A DNA stretch of 64,000 nt from Planctomycetota bacterium (lineage in GTDB: Bacteria > Planctomycetota > B15-G4), in NCBI GenBank assembly GCA_038212275.1, contig JBBQUR010000017.1, forward strand, positions 1-64,000, in the 5' to 3' direction. Every line of letters starts with the position of its first letter. Position 1 is the first letter of the stretch. Below are positions 11,569 to 20,987 of this stretch, piece by piece. A program made the translations under genes and the position numbers. The notes beneath the pieces were generated by a model. That model was not told where the DNA came from. It made no database searches and was given only the letters and a program-made list of their open reading frames with translations.

Positions 11569-14007
11569 TCAGAAGCGCCGCGACAGCTCGAAGCTGAGGG
11601 CCCGGATTTCGTCCTCCTGCTGGTCGTTGATCAGCAGCGCGTAGTCGAGCGCCAGCGTGATGCCGCCGAGCGCCGGCAGGCGGAGCCGGAAGCCCGTGCC
11701 GGCGCCGGTGCGGATCGACGAGCCCAGGTCGCCGAAGTTGCCGTCGGGCACGAGGTTGCCGGCGTCGAAGAAGATGACGCCCTTGAGGATGGTGTCGTCC
11801 TCGTCGCGGAAGGGGTTGTACTGCGAGATGAGCGGGAACAGCGCCTCCACCGAGGCCGCCGCCCCGAGCAGCCCGCCGAGCGCGTTGCCGTTCTCGTGCG
11901 GACCGACGCCCTGGAAATCGAAGCCGCGCACCGCGAACGGGCCGGTGGCGCCGCCGACGAAGTAATTCTCGAAGAAGGGCAGGTCGTTGCCGCCGGTGCC
12001 CTCGACGCGCCCGATGGCGATGCGCGGGTGCAGCACGGTCGTGTGGCCCTCGTCGTCACGGCCCAGCGGCATGTACCACTCGGCGGTGCCCAGCGCGCGC
12101 ACCAGGTCGATGTCGCCGCCCAGCCCGTTGCCGGCGTCCTCGAGGCGCAGGGCTGTGGTCATGCCCTTGGTCGGCTCGTAGAGCGAGTTGAGATTCTGCC
12201 AGGAGATGCCGCCCTCGAGGGCCTGGCTGCGGAAGGTGCCCTCGTCCATCGCGATCGTGGGTACCTTCTCCTCGTCTACGTGAAAGATGTCGACGTCCTC
12301 CACGCGCGTGCCGATGGACACCGTGGTCTGGCGCGACAGCTTGTGGTCGAAGCCCACGCCGATTCCCGTGGTGCTTCGGTCGTAGTCGTCGAACTGGCGC
12401 GTGTTGTTGTAGAGCTCGACCGTCAGCCCCCAGGGATGGATGTCGCTGCTCTCCAGCCAGGGATCGCGGAACAGGATGTCGATGGAGGTGGTCTGGGTGC
12501 CGGGCGCCACGCTGAACGTGAGCCGCTGGCCCGCGCCGTGGAAGGCCTTGCCGCTTCCGAAGAATTCGGAGATGACGAGGCCGGCGCTCGACGGCACCTT
12601 GGTGATGTCGAAGTTGTACTTGTTCACCGAGGCGCCGACGAAGATGCCGCTGTCGCTGCCGGCCCCGACGAGGAAGTTGAACAAGCCGCTCTGCTCGTCG
12701 TTCACGTCGATGAGCACGTCCACCTGGTCGTCGGCCGGCGCCTGCTCGGTATCCACGCGCACCTGCGGCGCGCCTTCGAAGCTGGTGAAGTATTCCAGCG
12801 AGATGAGCTGGTCCTCGCTGTAGCGCAGCTCGGCGGTGTTGGCGATGTCGCCGGGATCCAGGGTGAGGTAGCGGCGCACCACGTCGTCGCGCGTGGCCGT
12901 GTTGCCGCGGACGATGACGTCGCGCACGGTCTTGGGCAGGCCCTCCTTGACCTTCAGGACCACGTCGATGAGCGGCAGCGTCTCGTCGTAGTTCTCGCGC
13001 GGGTCGATCTCGACGTCGATGTAGCCGAGCTTGCCGTAACGATCGCGCATCGCGCGCAGGGTCCGGATCAGGTCGGGTCGGCGCCACGGCTTGCCGACAC
13101 CCACGGCGGCGCCCTCGAGCAGCTCCTCGGTGGGGATCGCGCTGTTGCCCTCCACCTCCAGGGTGCGCACGGTGTAGCGCGGCCCCTCGTCCACGAGCAT
13201 GGTGATCGTGACCTCGTCGCGCTCGTCGCTCCACTCGAGGCCCTTCAGCGCGACGCGGCCGTCGAGGTAGCCCTCGCCGCGCACGAAGTTCTCCAGCAGC
13301 ACGACGTCGGCGTCGACCTCCGAGCGGATGAACTCCTTGCCGACGAGCCAGCTCCAGAAACCCCGCGGCGAGCGCATCACGGACAGCGCATCCTTCGGCT
13401 TCAGCGCGGTGAGTCCTTCGATGCGCACGTCCTGAGTCTCGACCTGCGGGCCCTCGAACACGCGCAGCACCGCCGTGCGCTCGCCGGCGGCGCCGGTGCG
13501 GGTGCGGATGTCGATCTGCGCGAAGGCGTAGCCGGCGTTCAGGTATTTGTCGCGCACGAGATCGCGCCCCACCGCGACCTGGTCGGGAGTGGCGTCGCGA
13601 TCCTGCTTCAGGCGCGCGACGCCGAGCAGTTCATCCTCGTCGTACTGCACGGCGCCCTCGACGCTGACGCCGTCGTAGCGGCGGATGCGCGACAGCTTGA
13701 AGCGCACCACGGGCCCGGGCTCGACGGTGACCTCTGCCAGCACGCCGTGCGTGTCCGCAAGCCAGCGCATGTCCTCGTCCACGAGGTTCTGGGTGAACGG
13801 CACGCCGGCGCGGCAGCGGAGGTTGGCGCGCAGCAGCGCGTGATCGACACCGACGTCGCGTTCCAGGATCACTTCCTTGATGGGCTGGCCGTCCTGCGCC
13901 GCAGCTCGCCCCGCGCCGAGCAGCAGGAGCAGGAGCGCCGCGACGAGGCGCACGCAGGCGCCTGCGGCACTCCGGCCGGACACGAGGCGGGAACCTCCGT
14001 TCACCAC
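11569..14007 (-). CDS. bamA: Outer membrane protein assembly factor BamA
   Basis: Signal peptide, POTRA-like repeats (VRGNTATRDDVVRR), VRGF lid motif, FFDAGN, terminal Phe. Confidence 0.92.
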   Translation of the reverse strand: MVNGGSRLVSGRSAAGACVRLVAALLLLLLGAGRAAAQDGQPIKEVILERDVGVDHALLRANLRCRAGVPFTQNLVDEDMRWLADTHGVLAEVTVEPGPVVRFKLSRIRRYDGVSVEGAVQYDEDELLGVARLKQDRDATPDQVAVGRDLVRDKYLNAGYAFAQIDIRTRTGAAGERTAVLRVFEGPQVETQDVRIEGLTALKPKDALSVMRSPRGFWSWLVGKEFIRSEVDADVVLLENFVRGEGYLDGRVALKGLEWSDERDEVTITMLVDEGPRYTVRTLEVEGNSAIPTEELLEGAAVGVGKPWRRPDLIRTLRAMRDRYGKLGYIDVEIDPRENYDETLPLIDVVLKVKEGLPKTVRDVIVRGNTATRDDVVRRYLTLDPGDIANTAELRYSEDQLISLEYFTSFEGAPQVRVDTEQAPADDQVDVLIDVNDEQSGLFNFLVGAGSDSGIFVGASVNKYNFDITKVPSSAGLVISEFFGSGKAFHGAGQRLTFSVAPGTQTTSIDILFRDPWLESSDIHPWGLTVELYNNTRQFDDYDRSTTGIGVGFDHKLSRQTTVSIGTRVEDVDIFHVDEEKVPTIAMDEGTFRSQALEGGISWQNLNSLYEPTKGMTTALRLEDAGNGLGGDIDLVRALGTAEWYMPLGRDDEGHTTVLHPRIAIGRVEGTGGNDLPFFENYFVGGATGPFAVRGFDFQGVGPHENGNALGGLLGAAASVEALFPLISQYNPFRDEDDTILKGVIFFDAGNLVPDGNFGDLGSSIRTGAGTGFRLRLPALGGITLALDYALLINDQQEDEIRALSFELSRRF

Positions 14008-15389
14008 GCAGCGGCCGAGGACGCGCTCGCGCCCGTCGGGTCGGGGATGAAGGTCGGGTTCTCGAAACGCATCATGTTCGGGAAGAAGAAGAGTTCGACG
14101 CTGCCCGTGGGTCCGTTACGGTTCTTGGCGAGGATGACCTCGGCCTTGCCGCGCGACTCGAGCTTGTCCTTGTTGTAGTACTCGTCGCGGTAGAGCAGCA
14201 TCACCGCGTCGGCATCCTGCTCGATGGAACCCGACTCTCGCAAGTCGCCCATGAGCGGCCGCTTGTCCTGGCGCTGCTCCACCGAGCGGTTGAGCTGCGA
14301 GAGCGTGATCACCGGCAGTTCGAGCTCGCGCGCGGTCTGCTTGAGCGCCGCGGAGAGGCGCGAGATCTCGATCTGCCGGCTCTCGACGTTGGACCCGAGC
14401 GACAGCAGCTGCAGATAGTCCACGACGATGAGGCCGATGTTGTGCCGCGCCTTCAAACGGCGTGCCTTGGCCCGCAGCCGCGTGAGCGTGAGCCCCGGCG
14501 TGTCGTCGACGAAGAGCGGCGCCTTGATGAGCCGGCCTGCGGCTTCCGGCACGCGCGCATACTCGTCATTGGAGAGTTCGCCGCGCATCAGCCGGTGCGC
14601 GTCCACGCGGGCATTGCTGCACAGCATGTTCTCCGCGATCTGCTCCTTGGTGACCTCGAGCGTGAAGAGCACGGCAGGCACGTTGTCCCGCACGCAGACG
14701 TGCTCGAGGAGGTTGAGCGCGAAGCTGGTCTTGCCCATCGACGGGCGCCCGGCGATGACGTAGAGGCCGCCGGGTGCGAGGCCGTTGAGCTTGCGATCCA
14801 GGTCTCCGTAGTGCGTGCGCAGTCCGCGCACCGCCTGGCCGCCCTCCTCCTGGCTGGCGTCGATGCGCTCGAGCGCGCCCTTGATGAGCGACGACATGTC
14901 CTGGACCGTCTCCTGACCGCGGCCGTGCGCGATGGAGAAGATCTTCTGCTCGGCGCTGTCGAGCAGTTCGCTGACGTCGCGCGAGCTGCCGTCCTGCGCG
15001 TCGCGCAGGATCTCGGAGGCCACGCCCATCAGGCGCCGGCGCTCGCTCGTGTCCCGGACGAGGCGCGCATAGGCCAGCGCGTGACTCGCATTGGGCACGC
15101 TCTCCATGAGGCCGACGAGGAAGGCCACGCCGCCCACCGCCTCGAGCCGGCCGCGCGAGGTGAGCTCGTTGGTGACGAGCACGAGGTCCACCGGCTCGTT
15201 GCGGTCATACAGGCCCGACAGCGTGCGGAAGAGCTCCGCGTTCGCCGGCATGTAGAAATCCTCGGCGTCGATGAGCAGCAGCACCTCGCCGATCATCTCG
15301 CGGTCGAGGAGCATCGACCCGAGCGCGCACTGCTCAGCCTCGATGTTCTGCGGCGGCAGCCGGTCGAACGCCTCGTTGTGCAGGATCAT
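14001..15389 (-). CDS. dnaB: Replicative DNA helicase
   Basis: PPQNIEAEQCALG, AGRPSMGKT Walker A, VDYLQL, LSQLNR, DLRESGSIEQDAD, KNRNGPTG; no intein visible. Confidence 0.97.
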   Translation of the reverse strand: MILHNEAFDRLPPQNIEAEQCALGSMLLDREMIGEVLLLIDAEDFYMPANAELFRTLSGLYDRNEPVDLVLVTNELTSRGRLEAVGGVAFLVGLMESVPNASHALAYARLVRDTSERRRLMGVASEILRDAQDGSSRDVSELLDSAEQKIFSIAHGRGQETVQDMSSLIKGALERIDASQEEGGQAVRGLRTHYGDLDRKLNGLAPGGLYVIAGRPSMGKTSFALNLLEHVCVRDNVPAVLFTLEVTKEQIAENMLCSNARVDAHRLMRGELSNDEYARVPEAAGRLIKAPLFVDDTPGLTLTRLRAKARRLKARHNIGLIVVDYLQLLSLGSNVESRQIEISRLSAALKQTARELELPVITLSQLNRSVEQRQDKRPLMGDLRESGSIEQDADAVMLLYRDEYYNKDKLESRGKAEVILAKNRNGPTGSVELFFFPNMMRFENPTFIPDPTGASASSAAAW

Positions 15390-15627
15390 GCTGGCCCCCT
15401 CCGGGTCGCTGCGGCCGCAGGAACTCCGGCACGCGACGCGCCCGCCAGCAACGCCGCACCGGTCCGCCGCCTCACGGCCGTGCGCGCTGCGCGATCGACC
15501 TTGCGTGGACGACGATTCATCGCGACCACCGAAGAGGCCCCGCGACGAGGGAGCAGTCTAGGTCCCGTGTGCCGGAGCGGTCAATCGGACGGACCCGGCG
15601 CTGAGCAGCCGGCGTCACGCGTCCGGC

Positions 15628-16185
15628 TCAGGAAGCGCTCGCCTCGTCCGGCACGTCGAAGTCGGTCTGCGCATCGGCCGCAACGGACGCCGCCGCCGAG
15701 GCCACGCGCGCCGCACCCACGTCGATCACGTTGCCCTCGCCGTCCATCGGCACCACGTCGATGTTCACCGTCGCGGTGATCGTGCCGTGCAGGTGGAGCG
15801 TGACCTCCGTGATGCCCGCGTCCTTGATGTGGTTGGGCATGCGCACCGCGCGAGCCGGCAGCTGCCAGCCGGCCACGGCCAGCGCGGCCATCACGTCCTT
15901 GTCCGTCACGGAGCCGAACAGGTGACCCTCGTCGGTGGCGCGCGCCGGGATCTTCACGCTGAATCCGGTGACCTTCTTTGCCAGCTCATCCATCGAGGTG
16001 AGCAGTTCGCGCTCTTCCTCGTCGGCGCGGGCCTTGAGCTTGGCAATGCCGCGCAGCGCGTTCGCGGAGAGCGCCACAGCCTTCCCGTGCGGAAGCAGAA
16101 AATTGCGCGCGTAGCCGGACTTGACCTTGACCTGGTCACCCGGACGGCCGAGACCATCAACCGACTGCAGCAGGATCAGTTCCAT
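15628..16185 (-). CDS. rplI: 50S ribosomal protein L9
   Basis: MELILLQSVDGLGRPGDQVKVKSGYARNFLLP, GHLFGSV. Confidence 0.96.
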   Translation of the reverse strand: MELILLQSVDGLGRPGDQVKVKSGYARNFLLPHGKAVALSANALRGIAKLKARADEEERELLTSMDELAKKVTGFSVKIPARATDEGHLFGSVTDKDVMAALAVAGWQLPARAVRMPNHIKDAGITEVTLHLHGTITATVNIDVVPMDGEGNVIDVGAARVASAAASVAADAQTDFDVPDEASAS

Positions 16186-16215
16186 CGTTGTTTCCTTCCG
16201 TTCTCGGTCGAATCG

Positions 16216-16833
16216 TCAGCGGGCGACGAAGGGGAGCAGGGCGAGGACGCGGGCGCGAAGCACGGACTGGCGCAACTCGCGCTGGTGCTTCGCATGCAGC
16301 GTGCTGCGCACGCGCGAGAACAGCTTGCCCTGGCTGGTCACGAGCCGCCGCAGGACGTAGACGTTCTTGTAGTCGAGGCTCTCGTGGAGCTTCTTCTCCT
16401 TCTCCTCGCCCGGCAGGCGCTCGATGATGTCGCTCATCGACGGCACGCCGTCGAGACCGTCGAGGCCCTCGTCGGCGCGGCGCGACGGCCGTGCGACCGG
16501 CTCGGCCAGCGGGCCGGGGAGTTCCTCGGTGGTCGGCAGCTTCTCGATCACCAGGGCCATGTGCCGCAGGCAGCGATCGGAGAGTGCGACCTCGCGATTG
16601 AGCTTGTTGCAGGTCTCCGACGGGCCGCTGAAGTACGTGAGGACGTACGTGCCGGTCTGGTTGCCCGCGATCGGGTAGGCGAGCTTGCGGTTCGTCCACA
16701 CCAGCGCGTGCGCCACCGTGCCGCCGGCCTTTTCGACGAGCGCCGTGGCGACCTGCTCGGGCGTGGTGTTCTCGCCCTCGGGCAGTTCGCGGTTGTGGAG
16801 GACGAACATCCCCTCGTAGTGCTTCACGTTCAT
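16216..16833 (-). CDS. rpsF: Fused 30S ribosomal proteins S6 (N-terminal) and S18 (C-terminal)
   Basis: YEGMFVL and WTNRKLAYPI (S6), an acidic linker, then LDYKN...GKL...AKHQREL...RARVLALLPF (S18) in one stop-free frame; GGAGAG SD before the ATG. Confidence 0.88.
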   Translation of the reverse strand: MNVKHYEGMFVLHNRELPEGENTTPEQVATALVEKAGGTVAHALVWTNRKLAYPIAGNQTGTYVLTYFSGPSETCNKLNREVALSDRCLRHMALVIEKLPTTEELPGPLAEPVARPSRRADEGLDGLDGVPSMSDIIERLPGEEKEKKLHESLDYKNVYVLRRLVTSQGKLFSRVRSTLHAKHQRELRQSVLRARVLALLPFVAR

Positions 16834-16900
16834 GCTCTCCGGTCTGTGCGGGCCAGCCTGATCGTGACGCGATGCCACGGCCTTCTGGCCAGAGATGAGC
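16834..16900 (-). promoter_or_regulatory. Possible S6:S18-binding leader hairpin that sequesters the SD
   Basis: Minus strand: CUCU-GGCCAG ... CUGGCC-cgcacagacc-GGAGAG can pair, with a CCG at the stem/loop junction; location matches the known rpsF leader. Not folded computationally. Confidence 0.3.
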
Positions 16901-16977
16901 CGCGAAGCGTAGCGCACGTCCGGGGGCCGCGTAAAGCGTGCACTGCCGTCCGAAGCGCCCGGCGTGCGACACGATGC

Positions 16978-17574
16978 TCAGGGAGGGGGCGGCGCCGCGT
17001 TGCAGACCTGGATCAGTCGCGTGAGGTCGCCGGCCGTCAGCCAGTCGGCCAGTCCGTCGGCCGCGCGAGCCACCATCGCGTCCACCTCCGGCTGCTCGCC
17101 GCGCCGGAAGCGCCCGAGCACCCAGTCTTCGGCCCGCATGCCGTCGGGCGGTGCCCCGATGCCGAGGCGCAGGCGCGGCACCTCGCGGCCGGCCAGCAGC
17201 GCAATCACCGAGGCAAGTCCCTTCTGCCCGCCGTCGCTGCCCGAGGCCCTGCAGCGCAGCCTCCCCAGCGGCAGGTGGAAGTCGTCGCATGCGACGAGCA
17301 ACTCGGCGGCGGGGCCGCCCTCGCCGGCCTCCAGGTCATCCAGCAGGTCGCGCGCCGCGCGTCCCGAGTTGTTCATGAAGGTCGTGGGCTTCGCGAACAC
17401 GCACGCGACGCCGTCGCGCTCCACCGTCGCGACGAGCGCGCGTCCCCGCGCGTGGAAGTGCTTCGCGAATCGCTCCGCGAGCGCATCCACCAGCAGGAAG
17501 CCGACGTTGTGGCGCGTGCCATCGTACTCGGCACCCGGGTTGCCGAGGCCGAGCACGATGCGGGCGCGCGCCAC
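16978..17574 (-). CDS. pth: Peptidyl-tRNA hydrolase
   Basis: GLGNPGAEYDGTRHNVGF, KPTTFMNNSG, RLRLGIG. Confidence 0.96.
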   Translation of the reverse strand: MARARIVLGLGNPGAEYDGTRHNVGFLLVDALAERFAKHFHARGRALVATVERDGVACVFAKPTTFMNNSGRAARDLLDDLEAGEGGPAAELLVACDDFHLPLGRLRCRASGSDGGQKGLASVIALLAGREVPRLRLGIGAPPDGMRAEDWVLGRFRRGEQPEVDAMVARAADGLADWLTAGDLTRLIQVCNAAPPPP

Positions 17575-17601
17575 GATGCGATGAGCTCCGGACAGAAGTC
17601 C

Positions 17602-18312
17602 TCAGCCCTTCTTGCCGCCCTTGTCGGCCCCGCCGCCCTTGGCGTCGCCACCGGCGGCGGGAGTCGCCGCACCGGCCGCAGGAGCCGCCGCACCGGCCGC
17701 AGGCGCCACGACCGCGCCCTCCGCGGGAGTCGCCTCTGCTTCGACGACGGCTTCCACGCGGGGCGCCACCACGCCGACGATCGGCTCTTCCGCGACCATC
17801 TTCTTGAGGTCGAGCTTCACGCCCTCCGGCAGCTTCACCTCACCTGCATGCAGCGACTTGCCCAGGCCGAGCTCCGCGATGTCCACCTCGATGAACTCGG
17901 GAATGGCGGCAGCGAGGCAGCGCACCGCGAGCTGCGGATGCTGGATGACGAGCTGGCCGCCATCGGTGATGCCCTTGGCATGGCCCATGTAGTGCACGGG
18001 CACCTCGACTTCGACCTCTTCGGTCAGGCTCACGCGCGCGAAGTCCACGTGCAGGATGTCCTGCCCGAAGGTGTCGTACTGCACGCTCTTCACGAGACAG
18101 GGCTGCTGCTTGCCGTTGATGTCGAGCGTGAACACCTGCGTCGCCGTCGCGAGGGCGATCGCCAGCGAGTGCTCGCCGATGGCGAGGCTCTGGCACTCTT
18201 CGCCGTGGCCGTAGATGTTCACGGGCACCTTGCCGGCGACGCGATCACGGCGCGCGGGGCGCGAACCGATGCCGCTGCGGGATTCAGTCTTCAGGATGCT
18301 GGGCTTGGCCAT
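17602..18312 (-). CDS. rplY: 50S ribosomal protein L25 / Ctc (long form)
   Basis: GKVPVNIYGHG, VQYD, ILHVDF, VEVPV, IPEFIEVDI; Ala/Pro-rich tail; lies between prs and pth. Confidence 0.94.
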   Translation of the reverse strand: MAKPSILKTESRSGIGSRPARRDRVAGKVPVNIYGHGEECQSLAIGEHSLAIALATATQVFTLDINGKQQPCLVKSVQYDTFGQDILHVDFARVSLTEEVEVEVPVHYMGHAKGITDGGQLVIQHPQLAVRCLAAAIPEFIEVDIAELGLGKSLHAGEVKLPEGVKLDLKKMVAEEPIVGVVAPRVEAVVEAEATPAEGAVVAPAAGAAAPAAGAATPAAGGDAKGGGADKGGKKG

Positions 18313-18410
18313 GGTCGTGTGCGGCGCGCGTTCTGCGGCCGTCCTCGTCGGGTCTGGATCGTGTGTCGGTGAAAAGCGGATTGATAAGGCGTGAAGCGGT
18401 GGCGTCCGGG

Positions 18411-19352
18411 TCAGTCGATGAAAAGCGAGCTGACGGACTTGCAGTCGTGGATGCGCCGGATGGTCTCGGCGAGCAGCGGCGCCACCGAGAGCACCTCGAT
18501 GCTCTTGGGATAGGGGCTGTGCGGGCGCACCGAGTCGGTGACGACGATCTTCTCGACCTCGGCCTTCGCGATGCGTTCGAGCGCCGCGCCGCAGAACAAG
18601 CCGTGCGTCGCGCAGATGTACACGCGGTTCGCGCCGTGCTTCTTCACCATGCGCGAGGCGTCGGTGATCGTGCCGGCCGTGGAGATCAGGTCGTCCACGA
18701 GGATGACGTCCTTGCCGTCGACCTCGCCGATCAGGTGCTCCGAGACGACCTGCTCGGGGCCCATGCGTCGCTTGTCCACGATGGCGAACGGCATGCGCAG
18801 CGTGTTGGCGTAGGCGCGCGCCATCTTGATGCCGCCCGCGTCCGGCGCGACGACGACCGTCTTGTCCGGGTCGAGCACGCGGAAGTAGTCCGCGAAGATC
18901 GGCTTGGCGTAGAGGTGGTCCACCGGCACGTCGAAGAAGCCCTGGATCTGCGGTGCATGCAGGTCCATCGTGAGGATGCGGTCGACGCCGGCGACGGTCA
19001 GGCAGTTGGCCACCAGCTTGGCGGTGATCGGGACGCGGCCCTCGTCCTTTCGATCCTTGCGCGCATAGCCGAAGTACGGCATGACCGCAGTGATACGCCC
19101 CACCGAGCTGCGCTTGCAGCAATCGATGAGCGTGAGCAGCTCCATGATCGACTCGTTCACCGGCGGGCACGTGGGCTGCAGGATGAACACGTCGCGGCCG
19201 CGCAGGTCCTCGCTGACCTTGATGTCGATCTCGCCGTCCGGGAAGCGGCCGACGTGCGCCACGGTCAGCGGCGTCTCGAGCATCTCCGAGATCGAGCTTG
19301 AGAGCTCGGGATGCGCGGTGCCCGACAGGAGGCTGATGCCGTTGTAGTTCAT
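18411..19352 (-). CDS. prs: Ribose-phosphate pyrophosphokinase
   Basis: FPDGE, MPYFGYARKDRK, DLHAPQIQGFF, VAPDAGG, VDDLISTAGT. Confidence 0.97.
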   Translation of the reverse strand: MNYNGISLLSGTAHPELSSSISEMLETPLTVAHVGRFPDGEIDIKVSEDLRGRDVFILQPTCPPVNESIMELLTLIDCCKRSSVGRITAVMPYFGYARKDRKDEGRVPITAKLVANCLTVAGVDRILTMDLHAPQIQGFFDVPVDHLYAKPIFADYFRVLDPDKTVVVAPDAGGIKMARAYANTLRMPFAIVDKRRMGPEQVVSEHLIGEVDGKDVILVDDLISTAGTITDASRMVKKHGANRVYICATHGLFCGAALERIAKAEVEKIVVTDSVRPHSPYPKSIEVLSVAPLLAETIRRIHDCKSVSSLFID

Positions 19353-20626
19353 GAATCCTTCCGGGGGCGGAGCGGACGTGCGGGGACGCCGACCCAGGTC
19401 TCGCGCGCCGGCACGACGGAGCGCCGCGTCACGACCGCCCCGGCGCCGGTGACAGCCTCGTCCTCCACGGTAACCGGAGCGACCAGCACCGTGCCGCTCC
19501 CGATGAAGGCCCGGTCGCCGATCTTCGTGGGGTGCTTGGACTTGCCGTCGTAGTTGGCCGTGATCGTGCCGGCCCCGATGTTCGTGTTCGCACCGATGAC
19601 CGAGTCACCCAGATAGGACAGGTGCTTGGCCTTCGTGCCGGCGCCGAGCGTTGCAGCCTTCGTTTCCGTGAAGTTGCCGACCTCAGCCCCGGCCATCAGG
19701 ACGGTGCCGGCTCGCAGATGCGCGAATGGTCCGACCTCGCAGCCGCTCGCGATGCGGGTGTCCCCCTCGATCACCGTGCAAGGCAGGATCCGGGCCCCGG
19801 CCTCGATGCGGACGTCCGCGTCGATGAATGTGGTGTCCGGATCCACGATCTCGACGCCGGCCGACAAGTGGCGGTCGAGGATGCGGCGCCGCAGCAGGCC
19901 ACGGACCTGCGCAAGTTCGCGGTGGTCGTTGAAGCCGAGGACCTCCGTGGCGTCGTCGCAGCGCAGGCTGGCCACACGCTCACCTCGCCGAAGCGTCAGG
20001 GCCACCAGGTCCGTGAGGTAGATCTCGCCCTGGCTGTTGTCGCGCCCCGCCTTTTCGAGGTCATCGAACGCACCGGGCAACTCGACGACGTAGACGCCCG
20101 TATTGACCTCCGTAAGGGCGCGCGTGGCGGCATCGGCGTCGCTCTCCTCCACGATGCGCACCAGCTGGCCGGCGGCATCGCGCACGATCCGGCCGTATCC
20201 CGCGGGCCGTTCCAGCGCCACGGTGAGCACCGTGACGGCGGCCCCCGCCGCGAGATGCGCCGCGACGAGCCGCGACAGCAAATCAGGCGTGGTCAGCGGG
20301 CAGTCCCCGTAAAGAACCAGCAAGGGCCCTTGAGCCCCGGCAAGCGCCTCGCGCGCGGCGAGCAGCGCGGCCCCCGTGCCCGTCGGATGCTCCTGCCGGG
20401 CGAAGAAGACATCGGCCCCTGAGCCGGCGGCCAACGCCGCCTGGATGGCGGGCAGGTGTTTTCCGGCAACGACCACGATGCGTTCCGGCTGGAGTGCCCG
20501 GGCAGCTTCCAGCGGGTAGCGCAGGGCCGGCCGCCCCCACAGCGGGGTCAGGACCTTGGGTCGGCCCGCCCCCAGGCGCTTGCCTTCTCCTGCAGCGAGT
20601 ACTGCGACGTGTCTGACCGAGGGCAT
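19349..20626 (-). CDS. glmU: Bifunctional UDP-GlcNAc pyrophosphorylase / glucosamine-1-P acetyltransferase
   Basis: LAAGEGKR...PKVL, GTG, LYGDCP, GYGRIVR, EIYLTD, VGPFAHLR, KHLSYLGD, NYDG. Confidence 0.95.
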   Translation of the reverse strand: MPSVRHVAVLAAGEGKRLGAGRPKVLTPLWGRPALRYPLEAARALQPERIVVVAGKHLPAIQAALAAGSGADVFFARQEHPTGTGAALLAAREALAGAQGPLLVLYGDCPLTTPDLLSRLVAAHLAAGAAVTVLTVALERPAGYGRIVRDAAGQLVRIVEESDADAATRALTEVNTGVYVVELPGAFDDLEKAGRDNSQGEIYLTDLVALTLRRGERVASLRCDDATEVLGFNDHRELAQVRGLLRRRILDRHLSAGVEIVDPDTTFIDADVRIEAGARILPCTVIEGDTRIASGCEVGPFAHLRAGTVLMAGAEVGNFTETKAATLGAGTKAKHLSYLGDSVIGANTNIGAGTITANYDGKSKHPTKIGDRAFIGSGTVLVAPVTVEDEAVTGAGAVVTRRSVVPARETWVGVPARPLRPRKDS

Positions 20627-20762
20627 GGCAACCGCGCACAGGGTATTGGCCTGAAAATGGGCGTGAGAGCGTTGCAAAAAACGCCGAAAGGATCAAGCCT
20701 GCGAGCGGCCCTCAGCGCAGGCGGTCGGATGCCATACCCTTCATGGGGCAGGCCCGCGGCGA

Positions 20763-20791
20763 TTGACAACTTTCAGGGACAGGGATATGGT
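20763..20791 (+). promoter_or_regulatory. Sigma70-type promoter
   Basis: Perfect TTGACA (20763-68), 17-nt spacer, TATGGT (20786-91); ~195 nt upstream of the 20988 ATG. Confidence 0.7.
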
Positions 20792-20987
20792 TCACCCCGC
20801 ACAGCACTGCCCCCGAAATCAGCCTGCTGCGCACGGCCTGACCACACCTTGACGAGACAGCCAGGAGCCTGATCAGACCTCTCTCCCCCGGCGCACTTGA
20901 TTCCTCCCGGATGACGTTCGCCGGTTCTTTCGTACCACCCAGCGTGTTCCCACTTTGTGTCCATCCCTCCCAACGAGGAGTTCTTCA

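Noticed and set aside
20627..20987. tRNA or riboswitch upstream of glmU
   Set aside because: No cloverleaf, T-loop or riboswitch consensus recognisable by eye.
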